From: Utricularia gibba
Lineage: Eukaryota > Plantae > Magnoliophyta
Length of the DNA stretch: 64,000 bases
NCBI GenBank assembly: GCA_002189035.1
Contig: NEEC01000013.1
Coordinates: 496,001 to 560,000 of the forward strand
Direction: 5' to 3'
This document shows positions 25,852-38,738 of this stretch, piece after piece. Position numbers and translations under genes: made by a program. The notes beneath the pieces were generated by a model. It searched no databases and was not told the DNA's origin. It saw nothing but the letters and a program-made list of their open reading frames with translations. Numbering within the stretch: position 1 is the stretch's first letter; the number at the start of each line of letters is the position of its first letter.

Positions 25852-28479
25852 CGCCAGACTCCGCCGCCGAAAAAAACGCACTCGTCCGCCCGGTGCCGTG
25901 TCCACCGTCCCCCCCCGTTTGAAATATATATTGCGAGAGAGCCCTCCCTAGTAACCGTTGAGGGCAGCAAGATCCAGTGGCACGTGTCACCTCTTCGAGA
26001 ATTTAAATATTTATTGGACTTCCTTGATCTCATTCCGACAATTTTTTGAAATTCGAATTAATTAATTTTTGTAATCATATTTGAAAAATAGTTCCCTTAT
26101 TTGAGTATTCTACAATTATTACACTGTGAATAAGTCTAACGCATATTGCTTTAATTTTTCAAAAAAAAAAAAATCTATGAATTTCATTGATTCAAATCAT
26201 AAAAATGAATACTATGAATTTTAATAAAAAATTAGACCATAGATTATAAAATCATGGTTTCATTGTAATTAGCCCATATTTCATGTCTCGGTTTTTTAAA
26301 CAATACTTACCCACATGACATGCTAATCAAAATGAATAATGCTTTGTGAATTAAACCGAGAATGATTTTGTTTCCATAACAAAAAAAAAATATGATTTCA
26401 AATTCAGACTAATTTCAGATGAGATGTAAATTTCTGCGATTTTGCTGGTGTACATATGCATAATACAATTGCTCCTGAGAGGGCCAGCTAATACGTTACT
26501 ACGCAGGGTTTCGATTTCGCATGTCTTATAAATTACGGCATTATCTTTCAATCACCAACCAGTTGGAAAGTTGCAATTTCATGTCAGGAAAACTTAGGAG
26601 CTAAGAAGCTAATATTAACCACAATTTAATTACGGCAAAATAATGCAAGACTAAGATATGGACGCAACCTCGGGAAAATGAAATGATTGATAGACAGACA
26701 TTAGATTCCTTGCTCGAAAACAATATCATATATCATAATGTTTCTCTATCGGAGTATTAAGTGTGCATTTTTGAACACCTTGCTTAATGTGCATCTAAGA
26801 TGCACCTGCCGTCACGCTGCTATTGCTAGCGTACGCATACGGGCGTTATGTACGTGTACTATTTGGTCAGCCAAAGGAACACAACTGGATTCGCCAAGCT
26901 CAATGCGGCAGGCACATGGTAGTACTAATCAAGGTGCCCCTGGTTCAAATCGTCCCGGATCCATCCCGGGTTTCCGTTTCGACCCGTTATTCGCCTGATC
27001 ATCAAGGTGCACATCCATGGCCAGCGTTGTGAGTCCGAGGGCGGAGCATATGCTGCGCATCCCATCGGGCGCTTATTCGTAGAAGAAATCGACCAACACC
27101 AGCACTTGAGCGCACCCGACGATGAAGTATTGGGGCACTTGCCACAGAATGGACACGGGGACTCGCTCCGAGTCGAAATGGCTATGTGTTTTTGACATAA
27201 TGAACCCGAGGGCTCCGGCGCAAGCAATGGCGATGATGGAGATGAAGAGGCCATCTCTTGTGGCCCCTAGACCTTGTTGTGATAGGGGCGGGACAATCAG
27301 TCTGTCATAGATAGGGTGCAAAATATGACACCCAGAGTGTTGAAGAAGGCTAACGAGGCTGCCGGGATTTCGATTACAAGACCTTCAAGTTGTCAATTTG
27401 GCAATACACACTTGCAAAAGTGATCCCCGTCGCCCAAATGGGAACCAAACGTATCATGGCTTTTAGCGAGTCTTTCTTCTTCAAGGATCACGGCTGCCTT
27501 GTCGAAGAATCTACATGCAAAAGATTGTGTATTGATAGTTGAAACATACGCCCCAAGCTTAAAACAAGGGGGCAATTGAATGAACAAACGGGTGGTTAAC
27601 TACTGAGTTTAAAATTTAGAATAAAAGGAGACAAGTATTTCTTGACTCTAACATATAATTTTGTAATTAAAATTTCGAAGGACTGTTGATTCTGATTTTT
27701 AATATTTTATTATTTAATTTCATTGTACAGAAACAATCCATAACTTTATTGTAGTTTAATGCATGATAACAATATAATATACAATGATGAGCTTAGAAAT
27801 ATTAACTTTTTACTCTAAACTATTGGAAGTTGGAATAGAAAACTGACGGCAGATTGATTCGTGCAAATTCATTCTCTCACTAAGTATTGGAGAGATAATT
27901 CCAAAACATGATCAATTTTGTATTTTTTTTACATAAAAATTCACATAAATATAGATTTCTTGAAAAAAAAAATACATTTGATCATATTTTATATTGAAAA
28001 ATTTTAATATAATATATTACAATACAATGATATTATAAATGTATATTAACCAACAAGTTAAAACATAATCAATTAAATGCATGCAAAAATTATACAATAA
28101 AACATAAAATAATTACATAAACAATATTATTTGAATTAAAATCCCAAAGTTTTGAAAACGCACCCATGAAAATATTTGAAATTAAAATTAATCAATTCTT
28201 GATTTTCTTTTCGAATGAATATGAGTTAAGCTACTTGAGAATAATTTTGATGTAGCACGATCTCTAATAGGCAATTTTCTTACTAGATTGTGAACAAGGT
28301 CAAATGAAGATGCATCCCATCCACTCACATGAATTGGTGAATTTAATTACATTTTGTGTATTTTTGCAAATGTTTTCACTTGATAATATTTTGAAATATA
28401 AGAACTTACATTTTTATTAAATTCCTTATACATCTAGAACATGAACAAACTTAACAACTGTTATGATATTGTAAGTTAC

Positions 28480-30060
28480 ATGATACATCATAAGATAATT
28501 CGTATCTGAATAACATGCAAACATGAAATAGCTTTTTGTTGTCATTTTCCACAAGTACATGTCAAATCTGTCAAACAAAAAATATAGTAATATTTGTTTT
28601 TTCTAGAACTTTTGCTTCGAGACAGCAACATGGTATTCATTTTCTCTGCATTATATTTCTTGACCCAATAGTTGGTTGATTTATCATCATATCTTCTATA
28701 AACATAGAGCGAACATGAAGTAAATCATTGGCTCCTTTCCATGAGTAAATCCATCTTTGATTTAATATTAGTGAAAATTTTAACATATCTCTCGAAAAAT
28801 GCCCTCAACAAGAGCTTTGGGGGGGGGGGGTAATCTTTGTGCCCATATAAAACACTGTTTAATGATTCATAAATACTTGTGGTATGCACATCACATCTGC
28901 AAAAATAAGAATTATAAGATTAATATAGTAATAATATGAATAAAATTATTACATTTTGAGTTACCTTATACCATTACTATACGATAATATCCATTGCATT
29001 GAATCGATTCATAAAGATACTAAAATGCTGCTGTATTCCTATTTCTGATTTTCTGCATAATTATTTGGAACTTTTTCGTTTTTGAACTCAAGATAACCTC
29101 CCAAAATACATTAACCAAGTGTTTTGACTTGAAATTGGACACGAAATTAACAAGTAGATGTTGCATACATAATCTATAATCTCCCATAGAGTTATTGAAT
29201 GTAGGTATATCCTTAATTGTAGATAATAATCTTACACCATGATCAGTTACTAGACAAATACAACATCTTTTCACGATATGCTTAACTAAAAGGTTAAAAA
29301 ATTAATAGCAGGATTCATAAGATTCTTCCTTAACAATAACAAATGCAAGTGGAATTATAATGCGAACACCATCAAGTGTGCATGCTATTAGTAAGTGTGC
29401 ATGGTATTAGAAGATGATATCTATATTCTACATATAGATATATTCCATCAATAGTAATGACTAATCAGCAATACTGAAATGCATGGACGCATGACTCCAA
29501 AGCCCACAATACATGATGTAGCATTGGCTTGCCATCATAAGAACAAAGATTCTCATATTTAAATATAATATTTATGATAAAATAAATATGTTAGTAAACA
29601 TAAATCAATACTTGTAAAATAATAAAAATGAATTATGTGGATTAGTTTTTTTAATAGATAACAAATAGTAAATGAGCTTTGTCACCGATTCTTTCCAAGT
29701 GCTATACATATGCATAATATCATCTCTAATAGTAGTACATCCAAGTTTATATGATATCTTGAAATGATAAGCTTCACTAAAATCATCCAAGTACATCAAA
29801 AACACGTATCACTGGATTCGTTTTAACTTTGCTCATGATGTGAAGAAACACAAATTTCTAACAGTCATGGAACTGTTAGAAAACCAAGTATGAGGTCCCT
29901 CATGTTGTGTCGTAGTTCAAAATTGAGTAACAGTATTGTTCCATATTCTAACACACCATTCACATGGACGTGTTGCATTTTAGTTGATATAGTTTATTTC
30001 ATATTGTTTGTTGTTGCTCTTCTCAATATGGAAATGCGTTTTCAACTTTGTGACACAGTA
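28480..30060 (-). mobile_element. MuDR/MULE transposase relic inside intron 3 of the NPF pseudogene
   Basis: Minus-strand fragments in MuDRA order: PCEWCVR...HEGPHT, then ISYK...MYSTWKES, then VLWALESCVHAFQYC*LVITIDGIYLY...IPLAFVIVKEES, then CLVTDH...YRLCMQHLLVNFVSNFK, then SWIM-like DLTCTCGK*QQKAISCLHV. TIRs were not identified. Confidence 0.85.
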
Positions 30061-31574
30061 ATAACTCAATGCTTAATTTATTGAACTTTTATCTTTTAAA
30101 AAAATCCCCCTTGCATGAATCACCACTTATCCTGTCGATAAAATTCAAAGTTTTCTCAAACTCAATTGTTGTTGGAATTTCTATTGCAACGCTGTTTTCA
30201 CAATATTTCATTCTATTTATTCATCATTATCATTATTTGAAGAAAATAGAGATGAAATAACTTATTGCATCATTTTGTATTTAGCTTGCTCAATATCATC
30301 TTTCTTCATAAATGATCTGAATCCCATAATATGTTTTCGTCATAAGGTGATTCGGGTGATGAAGAATTATGATATGTTGGTGAAGTATATGAATTATTAT
30401 GACTAGTTGATACTTCTATTACATTAACTAGAGATTAAAAATACAATATAGTATTGATATACTTTAATCATATGAATTAAAAAAACACCTAAATATAATT
30501 TAAAACTAATAATAATAAAATTTATTTAGAAAAAAAATTTGCATACCATTATGTTGTTGAATGAATAAATGTATGAAGTTTAGAGTTGCACTAATATACA
30601 TATCAACATTTGAAACTATATGGCTTTAATTAAAAATCCAAGACAAATTGTTATTCGTTTGATCAAGAGGATGATTGTACTTTTGAAGACACATTGTTAG
30701 ATTTATAATAATATAATTCACAATAATACTAATAGAATACTCAACTGAAGATAATTGTATAACTTCAAAAATTAACGATATTAGCATGGATATTGAACCA
30801 TCTCGAGCAACCCAAATAGAAAATCGCAATGGTGAGTCATATCACATATTATTTTTTCCATAAAATAAGTTACCTCCCCAATAAAACTGGATCTCAATTG
30901 GATAATAAGCCATTGAAATTCTGAGAGGAAGAAAAGGAGGAAGAATGATGATATGAGAGATATATTCCATAGTATTCTTTGTTTATGAATTTTGAATTGG
31001 AAAAAAGACAAATGAATTTAATGTAACACCAAAATTTTTTCAAAATTTTAATACTAAAATCTGAACATGTCAATGTCACATGTGTACTATTGCACTGAAC
31101 GGATTGCTTTTGATATAATATAAAATGAAATAAATACAAGACACTATTTATATGAATTTTCGTGCAAAAAATAAACACAACATTCTGATATGAAAATTTG
31201 ATTAAATATTAATGAACAAAGTTGGTCATGATTTGGAATTTTCTCTTCAATACTTGGTGGTAAAAAGAATTTTATAAGATTTCTTGTATGTTGAAAAACT
31301 TTCTTGGCGCTTGCTTCGATATCAATCTTTTCATGTAGTAAGCTGGCATCCTGGGGAGCCTGCACCCTGTACTTCCTCAAGGATGCCACCAGCACTTTGC
31401 ATAGTTGAGTGATCGGACTCCCACTACGTTTTTGTTATCGGTAGAAGCGAGTTCCCAAAACGAAGGGGGAAACTACGAATATCATCAGCACACAAGGAAT
31501 CCCAAACCCCCATTTCTAGTTAACATTGGTTTGCACCCAAACCAACATAGTGCAAGCAACTATATTGCCGAAAG

Positions 31575-31747
31575 TATTAGAATATACAATCTCATATCGA
31601 AATATGAAACCAAAACAATTAAGTATATAAGAAATTATAGATCACTATTAATTGGTTGGACCTAATTTTTTTTAATATAATTCAAATTTCTTATGTACTT
31701 GGACTTCATGTATGCTCGTCCGATCTATCGGATCCTTACGTTCAACT
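31575..31747 (-). mobile_element. Short LTR-like element (same family as 20274-20444) inserted in NPF pseudogene exon 3
   Basis: The reverse complement aligns with 20274-20444 (GGATC..AT...TCGGA.GAGCA, AAGTCCAA.TAC, AATAGTGATCTATAATT, GATTGT.TATTCTAA). NPF coding sequence flanks both sides. Confidence 0.7.
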
Positions 31748-32136
31748 GAAGATGGAACCATCTTTTGTATACCCAACTGAAGAAGGAACTTTGACTCCTC
31801 GTCTCCATTTTGTCATTTTCATCGAATTAGGTAGCCCGAAGAGAGGCGATGCATGGACGAAGTCTGCCTTCTCAATTGTCGTAGCTCAACATGAGCCAAT
31901 TGTTCTAATATTAAAATCAAAGTGATTTAATTATTGAAAAAGAAAATTAAGGGCAAAATAATTACTCTAAGACTTGATTTAGTCTTAGGCTGTTATAACC
32001 GAACTGCTAGTCTTGTGTAAGTTGACTTGAATAAGTTCTCTAATTTTGTGAAAGTAGTTGCATCTTATCCAATTGTTCTTATTCTTTAAAAGGAGGTATC
32101 TCTTTTCATATGAATCATCTGAATCATGGAAGTAAC

Positions 32137-33337
32137 TGATAGCACAATTTTTATTGTGTTTTTATATATGTTTTTAAGTGTGTTTTGTAGGGTTAAATAT
32201 TGTTTAGTGTGCTAAATTATGTCATTTTGCATATTTAGATTGTTAGAATGTGTTTATTGTGAAAACAGGCTCAATTGGCAATAATTGAGCCGAAAACTCT
32301 AATATTTCGTCTAGTCTGTGTTTTAAATCTTAGCAGGATAAGAACTAGTATTGTAGCAGCACACTTTCCGCGTTGACAAGTCAAAGGGGACAGAAAAGCT
32401 GTGCAAAAGTCACTTTCTGTTGAAAGTAGCCACCCTTCTGAAAAGTTAAGATTTGAAACATAGATCTAACTTCTAAAAGCCTGAGGAAAAGACGAAGCTA
32501 CCCTTACTTTTGAGTTGCAAAAGAAAAAAAGAAGGGAGAGAGAGAAAAGAAGACACAATGTGCATAGAGTGCACGGATAGTGAATAGTAGGAGCAGGAGT
32601 GAGGAGAACTTCATTTCTTTGGCGAATGTCTCCGGCAACCTTCAGATCTACACTTCTACATCGTCTTTCCGCCCAGAAACTTGATTTCCAGCAGATCTAC
32701 GATCGAGAGCAACCGCTGAACACTTTATTTTCCATTTTCTGCACTCCCATTTCTGTTGACAAACTAGCTGCTGTTTCCTTCTACATTTTCATGCTTTTTG
32801 TTATGTTCTTGCACCTTGTCGTGAACGATAAATCCTCTATAGAACTTATTTCCGCATATGAACATGTTCTTGCTTACGCCTTTCGTGTTTGCCTTTAAGT
32901 TTAATATGCTATTTACTGTTCTTGCAAACCCTTACTCTGTTTTCAAGCATTTTAAAGTTGGGTTTAAGCCTATGGGCTCTCTTGAGTGACACAAGAGTTA
33001 GACTCTAGTGTAAAACCTAGTAAAATCACTTTTATTTTATGCTTCCTATGCATTTGCATTAATTTCAGTGTCTCTTCATCCCTGCAACTAGTTTCTTTTA
33101 GTCACTATTATTTTAGGTTTTACTCGCGTTAGAACTAAACCCCAGAAAACCCCATGTTTTCAGTAAATGTGATAAATTTCAAGAAATTGCAACCATTCCC
33201 TGTGGATTCGATCCTTGCTTGCCACACTACATTAATTTCTGTGATTTGTGTAGTAGAATAGTTAGGTTTATAAATTTTTTTTGATGCATTGAATGTGCTA
33301 GACCGTGATATTTAACAACCCATTTAAACGTTCATCA
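32137..33337 (+). mobile_element. Solo LTR (Gypsy/Athila-like), 1201 bp, same family as 340-1533
   Basis: TGATAGCAC...TTCATCA termini and co-linear homology to 340-1533. The flanks GTAAC/ATAAT match 3/5 and both mismatches are transitions, consistent with a decayed TSD. Confidence 0.85.
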
Positions 33338-35556
33338 ATAATTGATTTGGTGAGTAGTTAAAAATACCTTTAGGAGGGGTGTTGTATGGGATAAATGTAT
33401 GCTATTAGTAAGGTTAATAAATGTACCGGAAAAAAATTATACCAATTATCAAACACACATTATGTATCCCAATACCAGGTATATCTATGCTTATACTAGC
33501 TACCAAACACAACCTTAGGACATTGAATTACCAAGTCTTTAGTCTCTTCATTTTCTTGTTCTTATTCTTTTGTGTTTTCTTTATTCATTCTAGTGTACAT
33601 CGATTTTGGCTTCATTGTTCATCGGTTTTAGCTGTGGAAGCGAGGCCAATATAGCCAACAACACCATCCCCTGAACCACATATGAAAGAAGCTTATTCAT
33701 TAAACATGAACCCCTGTATAAGAGAGTGTGTCAAACATAGTTTAACATTGATTATTCTAATGCATACTAGTGAATGAATTAAACAACTCACAACAATGTA
33801 GATGATCAAGAAGATGAGTATGCTCCATTATCTTCCAATATATTCATTGGCCACAAATGCTGGCATCAGAGGGGTTACGTAGCATGTGCCAGTTCAATTT
33901 GTGACACTTATACAAGCATCGTAGTTGCTTCGCCCGATCCTATTCTTGAAGTAGACTACCAAATTACGGCTCACACCATCATAGACAACTCCCTCAAAGC
34001 ATGCATCTATTGAGTGAAGGAAAACCCTCAAATTAGATGAGCAAGAACTAGACTCGGGGTTCCGGGTTAAGTTCAAAGTGAAACATGACGATACCTAAAA
34101 CAAAGGTGCAAGCTTTCCATCCCCCGGTTAAGCTCTTCTTTTCTGGATTACCCTGGAAATCCGAGGCTCCATCTTTTGCACAAACATCCTCTTCAGGCAT
34201 GGGGTGCTACTACAAAATGGAGATGAAATAACAATAGTGGAAAGATCATAAGAAGCTACATAAAAGGAAGCATGTATATGCTTCCACTAAATCAGAAATA
34301 TCAAGGAATTGATCTGGCCTTGGCCTAACAGTACTCCGAATTAATGAACTCGATTGGTGCATAGAACCGATAATGCCGAGACTAAAGTAAATTCAAGTAA
34401 TATTTTATGTAAATTTCGAAGTAGAAGTGACTATATCGTTCAATAGGCCTATTCATCATTTTAGATTTTTGCACGATTTAAACAAAAATAAAATATAAAA
34501 ACTTGCTCTGGAAAATCAAAACATGTCAACAGAAAAAGATTAGACTATTATGGATCTTTCTCCCGTTCCCATATTAGTTTTGGGATTCAATTCTGTCTTG
34601 TTTATTCCGCCAATAGGATGACCCCAATTTAGAAAATGGGTTTTTACCTCTAGTTACGTGGTCTTGGTAACATTGGTGTCCTCTTACACACACGTGTGGC
34701 ATTCATCCCAAAACCAAAATTTGTTGCGGGCCTTTGCGATTGCATTCTTTTTATTATTTTCAAAAAACGTTATGTTTCGTCATTTTCTGTAGTTATGGTT
34801 TTTAATTTCTTTCCCAAAGCGTATTCATAAAATATTTATTCGTCTTCTTCTTTTTTTTTTTACAATTATTCGGAAATCAGAAACAAAATATGTATTTTTT
34901 TTGCAGCTGCTTTTAAAAAAGATTTTTTAAATGCAAAATGAATTTTTTTGGGAGTTGACCCCACATGGCTCATTATCAAAAATATAATTCAAAGTTATAG
35001 TAAAACCATGGTCATTTTTGGTTTGTCAAAAATCTCCAATTAATCGTGCCTAGTTATTAAATAAAGAGAATTAATTATACCTAATCTTCAAATAGTAAAT
35101 ACTAAAAATATCTAATACATAAAATTTTAAGAATTAATTATGTTCCATACCCTAAATCATGAAGTATACTTAATATTTTAAGAATCGATTTTGTTAATAG
35201 GCATGAAATATGTATATATTAAATAATAGTGAATAATTCCATCCAAATTTTAAATATTAAGTTTTTGGTACAATTTTCCCATTTTTTTTAACTCAGGAAT
35301 TAAGTGGCTATATTCATGTTACTGACTCAGGAATTAAGTGGCCGCAAGAGTACTACTGGGTACATTTTCCAACAGGTTTTTTATATTCATCCCTCTATTG
35401 TAAAGTAAAAGCTTTTGCATAGTTTACAACGAAATTATAAAATTATGATCCAGCATAAGGCCTATCATTCAAACCCTTAGAAGACGTGCACGCACATTGA
35501 TTTACACTACAAGTCAATTGGCACATACTAAACACTCATGTTATTACAATATACTT

Positions 35557-35578
35557 TGTGTGTGTGTGTGTGTGTGTG
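35557..35578. repeat. (TG)n microsatellite
   Basis: Direct reading; about 10-11 units. Boundaries are good to +/-2 bp. Confidence 0.85.
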
Positions 35579-36702
35579 ACATGAGTAGAGTGCGACCTGT
35601 TTCGATCCATTCGATTTTGATTCAGAACTGTACGGTTTCAACAAATCGCTGATTCATAAATCGCGGTTCATTGTAAATTATAATTTCAGTTTCAATTCAA
35701 AACAGATTCCAAAATTTTGAATTGAATCGAAAGGGGAACAGAGATTGAAAGCGTTAAACCGAAACCATATGGATGCTCATGTCCATAAACTAGATCTGCT
35801 GTTTTGATTGGAATCTATTACACCTCTATCCACGAGCATGGAGTTAATGGCATCGTTCACTCCGCCCGCAACCCATTAGGGAGCCCATGATGTACCGTTT
35901 CCATCAGCATGGGGTCTACGAGTAGGCCCATTTCGTGCGCCAATCGGGAAGCCGAATTTAGTTCCCCTTCCGTTCGCGTGATGGCGGTGGAGGCGCCGCC
36001 GCATCTGGCTGCTGCTGTTTGAGCTACCCAGGATGTGCCAATCCCCTGGCCGAGGAAGACGTGGACCGCTGCTTACCTTCCGCCACTACCCAGATTCAGC
36101 TTTCAGGTGCTGCTTCTTTCTTGCTTTCTGGACGATACCATCGTTTCTGCCTGGGATGCAAAGAGTTTGAAATTCGTTTGGAAAATCAAACCTTGAATTT
36201 CCATTCTTTTTTTGTATAAATCGTAGGAAGATCATTCTTTCTCTCTTGATTCGAGTAAAACTAATTTTACACGTTGTTTCATGCTGAGGCTTCGATGATT
36301 TTGGGTGTTGAATGATGCGCGTCACCTAGAGAAAGAGAGAGAAATGTTTTTGGGGATTTGCGTTTCAGGATCATCCAATGCTTTCTGGGTTTGTTGCAAA
36401 TGGGCATATCCAGGTATGACCTTGAAGCTCCATCCGCAAACGAACGAAATGATGAGAATGCAAGGTGGCAGCCAATTCAGAAAGCACAAAGTTTGTTTCA
36501 GCGCTAAGTAGTTCGGTGAGTGCAATGTTTATTTGTACTTGGTTGTGTTTGAGAATCAATTTGTGCATTGAAATACATCAGTGTGCTATAAAGTAGTAGG
36601 AAATACTGCTCTTCATGCGCCTCAGAACGATGCATCCTGATTCTCTTGGTGTAAGGTGTCTTGTTTTGTTTTCTCAGTGTGGTTTACATGTTCCTTCATA
36701 TG

Positions 36703-38738
36703 TTACAGCATCTTGTACGTGTACCAGTTGGACAAGAAAAGAAACACCACCAGATTCAGCATGCTCAGCACAATCATCAGATAGTAGAAGTAGTCAAGAT
36801 GTCCGTAGTTCAAGTTATCCTGGATCCATCCCGCGTTTCCGCCATGACTGGTTACTAGTGTTACAATGCTGACCATCAAGGTGCTCATGAAGTTCCCCAT
36901 GGCCAGTGTCGTGAGTCCAAGAGCCGAGCATAGGCTTCGCATCGTGTCAGGGGCTTGTTCATAGAAGAACTCAAGCTGCCCCACCAACACAAACACTTCT
37001 GCGCACCCGAGAATGAAGTACTGAGGCACCTGCCAGAGAATGGACATGGGAATTTGCCCCATGTCGTGGTAATCGTGTCTTTTGACGTAGTTCAACCTGA
37101 CGAGCTCGAGGAGCCCTGCATAAGTCATGGCGATTATTGAGATGAAGAGACCAGCACCCATCCGTTGGAGCTGAGTTAGGCCGTTTCTGTGCCCTGTAAA
37201 CCTTCTGCTTACAGGAACAATGATCCTATCATATATCGGAGTCCAGAAGAGAACACTCAGAGTGTTGAAGAAGACCAACGAGGCTGCCGGGATTTCAAAG
37301 TTCGAATTTCCGATACGGGCATCCATTGTAAGACCTTGGAGCACGAAGAAGCTGTCAATTTGACAGTACACACACGCAAATGTGATTCCTGTGGCCCAAA
37401 TGGGAAGCAAACGTATGATGGCTTTCAGTTCTTCCACTTCAGTTACTGTGCAGAGCCGCCATGGATTCACTGTTAACTTCAGTTTGTCTTCTTCTATTAC
37501 AACAGCAGCCTTGTCAAAGAATCTGTAGCCAAAAACACACGTGGAGAGTCAATAAAAAAACCTCGAGAGCTTCTTCTATATTACTGAAACTTACGAAAGG
37601 TCTTTTGTATGTTGAAGATGCTTCCTGCTTCCTTCGACGTCTGAAACTTCGTATAGCAGCCTGACGTCCTCAGGAACTCGAGCCTTGTACTTCCGCAATG
37701 AGGCTACGAGCACTCTACAAATTTGAGTGATCGGACTCCCGTTCGGTCGCTGGTGTCGATAGTAGCGAGTTCCGGCAACAAAGGCAACGACGACGATGAC
37801 CATGAACATGGAAGGAATCCCAAAGCCCCATTGCCAGTTGACATTCATCTGCACCCAAACCAGGGCCGTACAAGCGATCATACTTCCCATGTTAATTGAG
37901 AAATACATCCAATTGAAGAATGAACTTCGACTCCTCTTCTCGGCTTCGTCGTTCTCATCAAACTGGTCAGCACCAAAAGAGGAGACACATGGACTAACTC
38001 CACCCGACCCAAGCGCGATCATGTAAAGGGCTACGTAGAAAAACGAGGCTTGCATCTCCGTCGCGTGGCACGAGCCTACCTCACCTTCACAGTTGGAAGG
38101 TCTCAAGCCTGGAATCGACGCCGACGACACCAATAATAACATCCCCTAGACATGAGAAATTCATAGGGTTAGTTAATCTCGAATCAGGCTTTAGTTTCTA
38201 AAGCGAAAACACACAAACTTACAAGAGCGTAGATGATCAGGAAGACCACTATCGTCCAATATCTTCCAATGTAGGCATCAGCCACAAATGCCCCAATCAA
38301 CGGAGTCACGTTGCAGGCTCCCGCCCAATTCGTGACATTCACAGAAGCACTCGAACTGCTCTCCCCTATCTGATTCTTGAAGTAGACCACCAAGTTCCGG
38401 CTCATGCCATCGTACGCCAATCCCTCAAAGCATGCATGCACTGCAATTTCATATTGAAGGTTGAGACTTTGAACCTCATGCGGAAAATACAGAAATTCAG
38501 AACTCGTCTCTACAAAAGCTAGTGCACCGATTGAGTTTACAATGCGAGCTGCTCACAATAAAAAATATTTCACAAACTCTATTACTTGAGTTTTACTCGT
38601 TGCAATTCTTATCTAAAATTCTAATACGAAACCTAAGATGAAGGCGCAGGCTTTCCATGTCCCGGTGGAGCTCCTCCTGGCCGGATCGCCGTGGAAATCC
38701 AACGTCCCGTCTTTAGTATGCGAATCCTCTTCAGACAT
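36703..38738 (-). CDS. NRT1/PTR family transporter, NPF8 (PTR1-like), about 564 aa; exons 38738-38633, 38440-38223, 38145-37595, 37522-36703
   Basis: Three GT-AG introns join four exons in frame. Motifs: GTWKAC, NVTNWAGACNVTPLIGAFVADAYIGRYWTI, FGADQFDE, SFFNW, GSPITQ, FFDKAA, NPWRLCTVTEVEELK, WQVPQY and LEFFYEQAPD. The upstream in-frame ATG at 38828 (594 aa) overlaps a CTATATAT TATA-like box, whereas the ATG at 38738 matches the paralogue start. Confidence 0.93.

Larger units (their letters stand above)
26826..34200 (-). pseudogene. NPF8/PTR-type transporter pseudogene, tandem paralogue of 36703-38738
   Basis: Exon 1 (34200-34095, MPEEDVCAKDG...GGWKACTFVL) is intact. Exon 2 (~34006-33792) has two in-frame stops. 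Exon 3 starts at 33670 (GMVLLAILASLPQLKP) and resumes at ~31920-31270, with insertions. Exon 4 (27510-26826) has deletions, frameshifts and stops (GWIRDDLNQGHLD*, VPQYFIVGCAQV). Confidence 0.9.
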
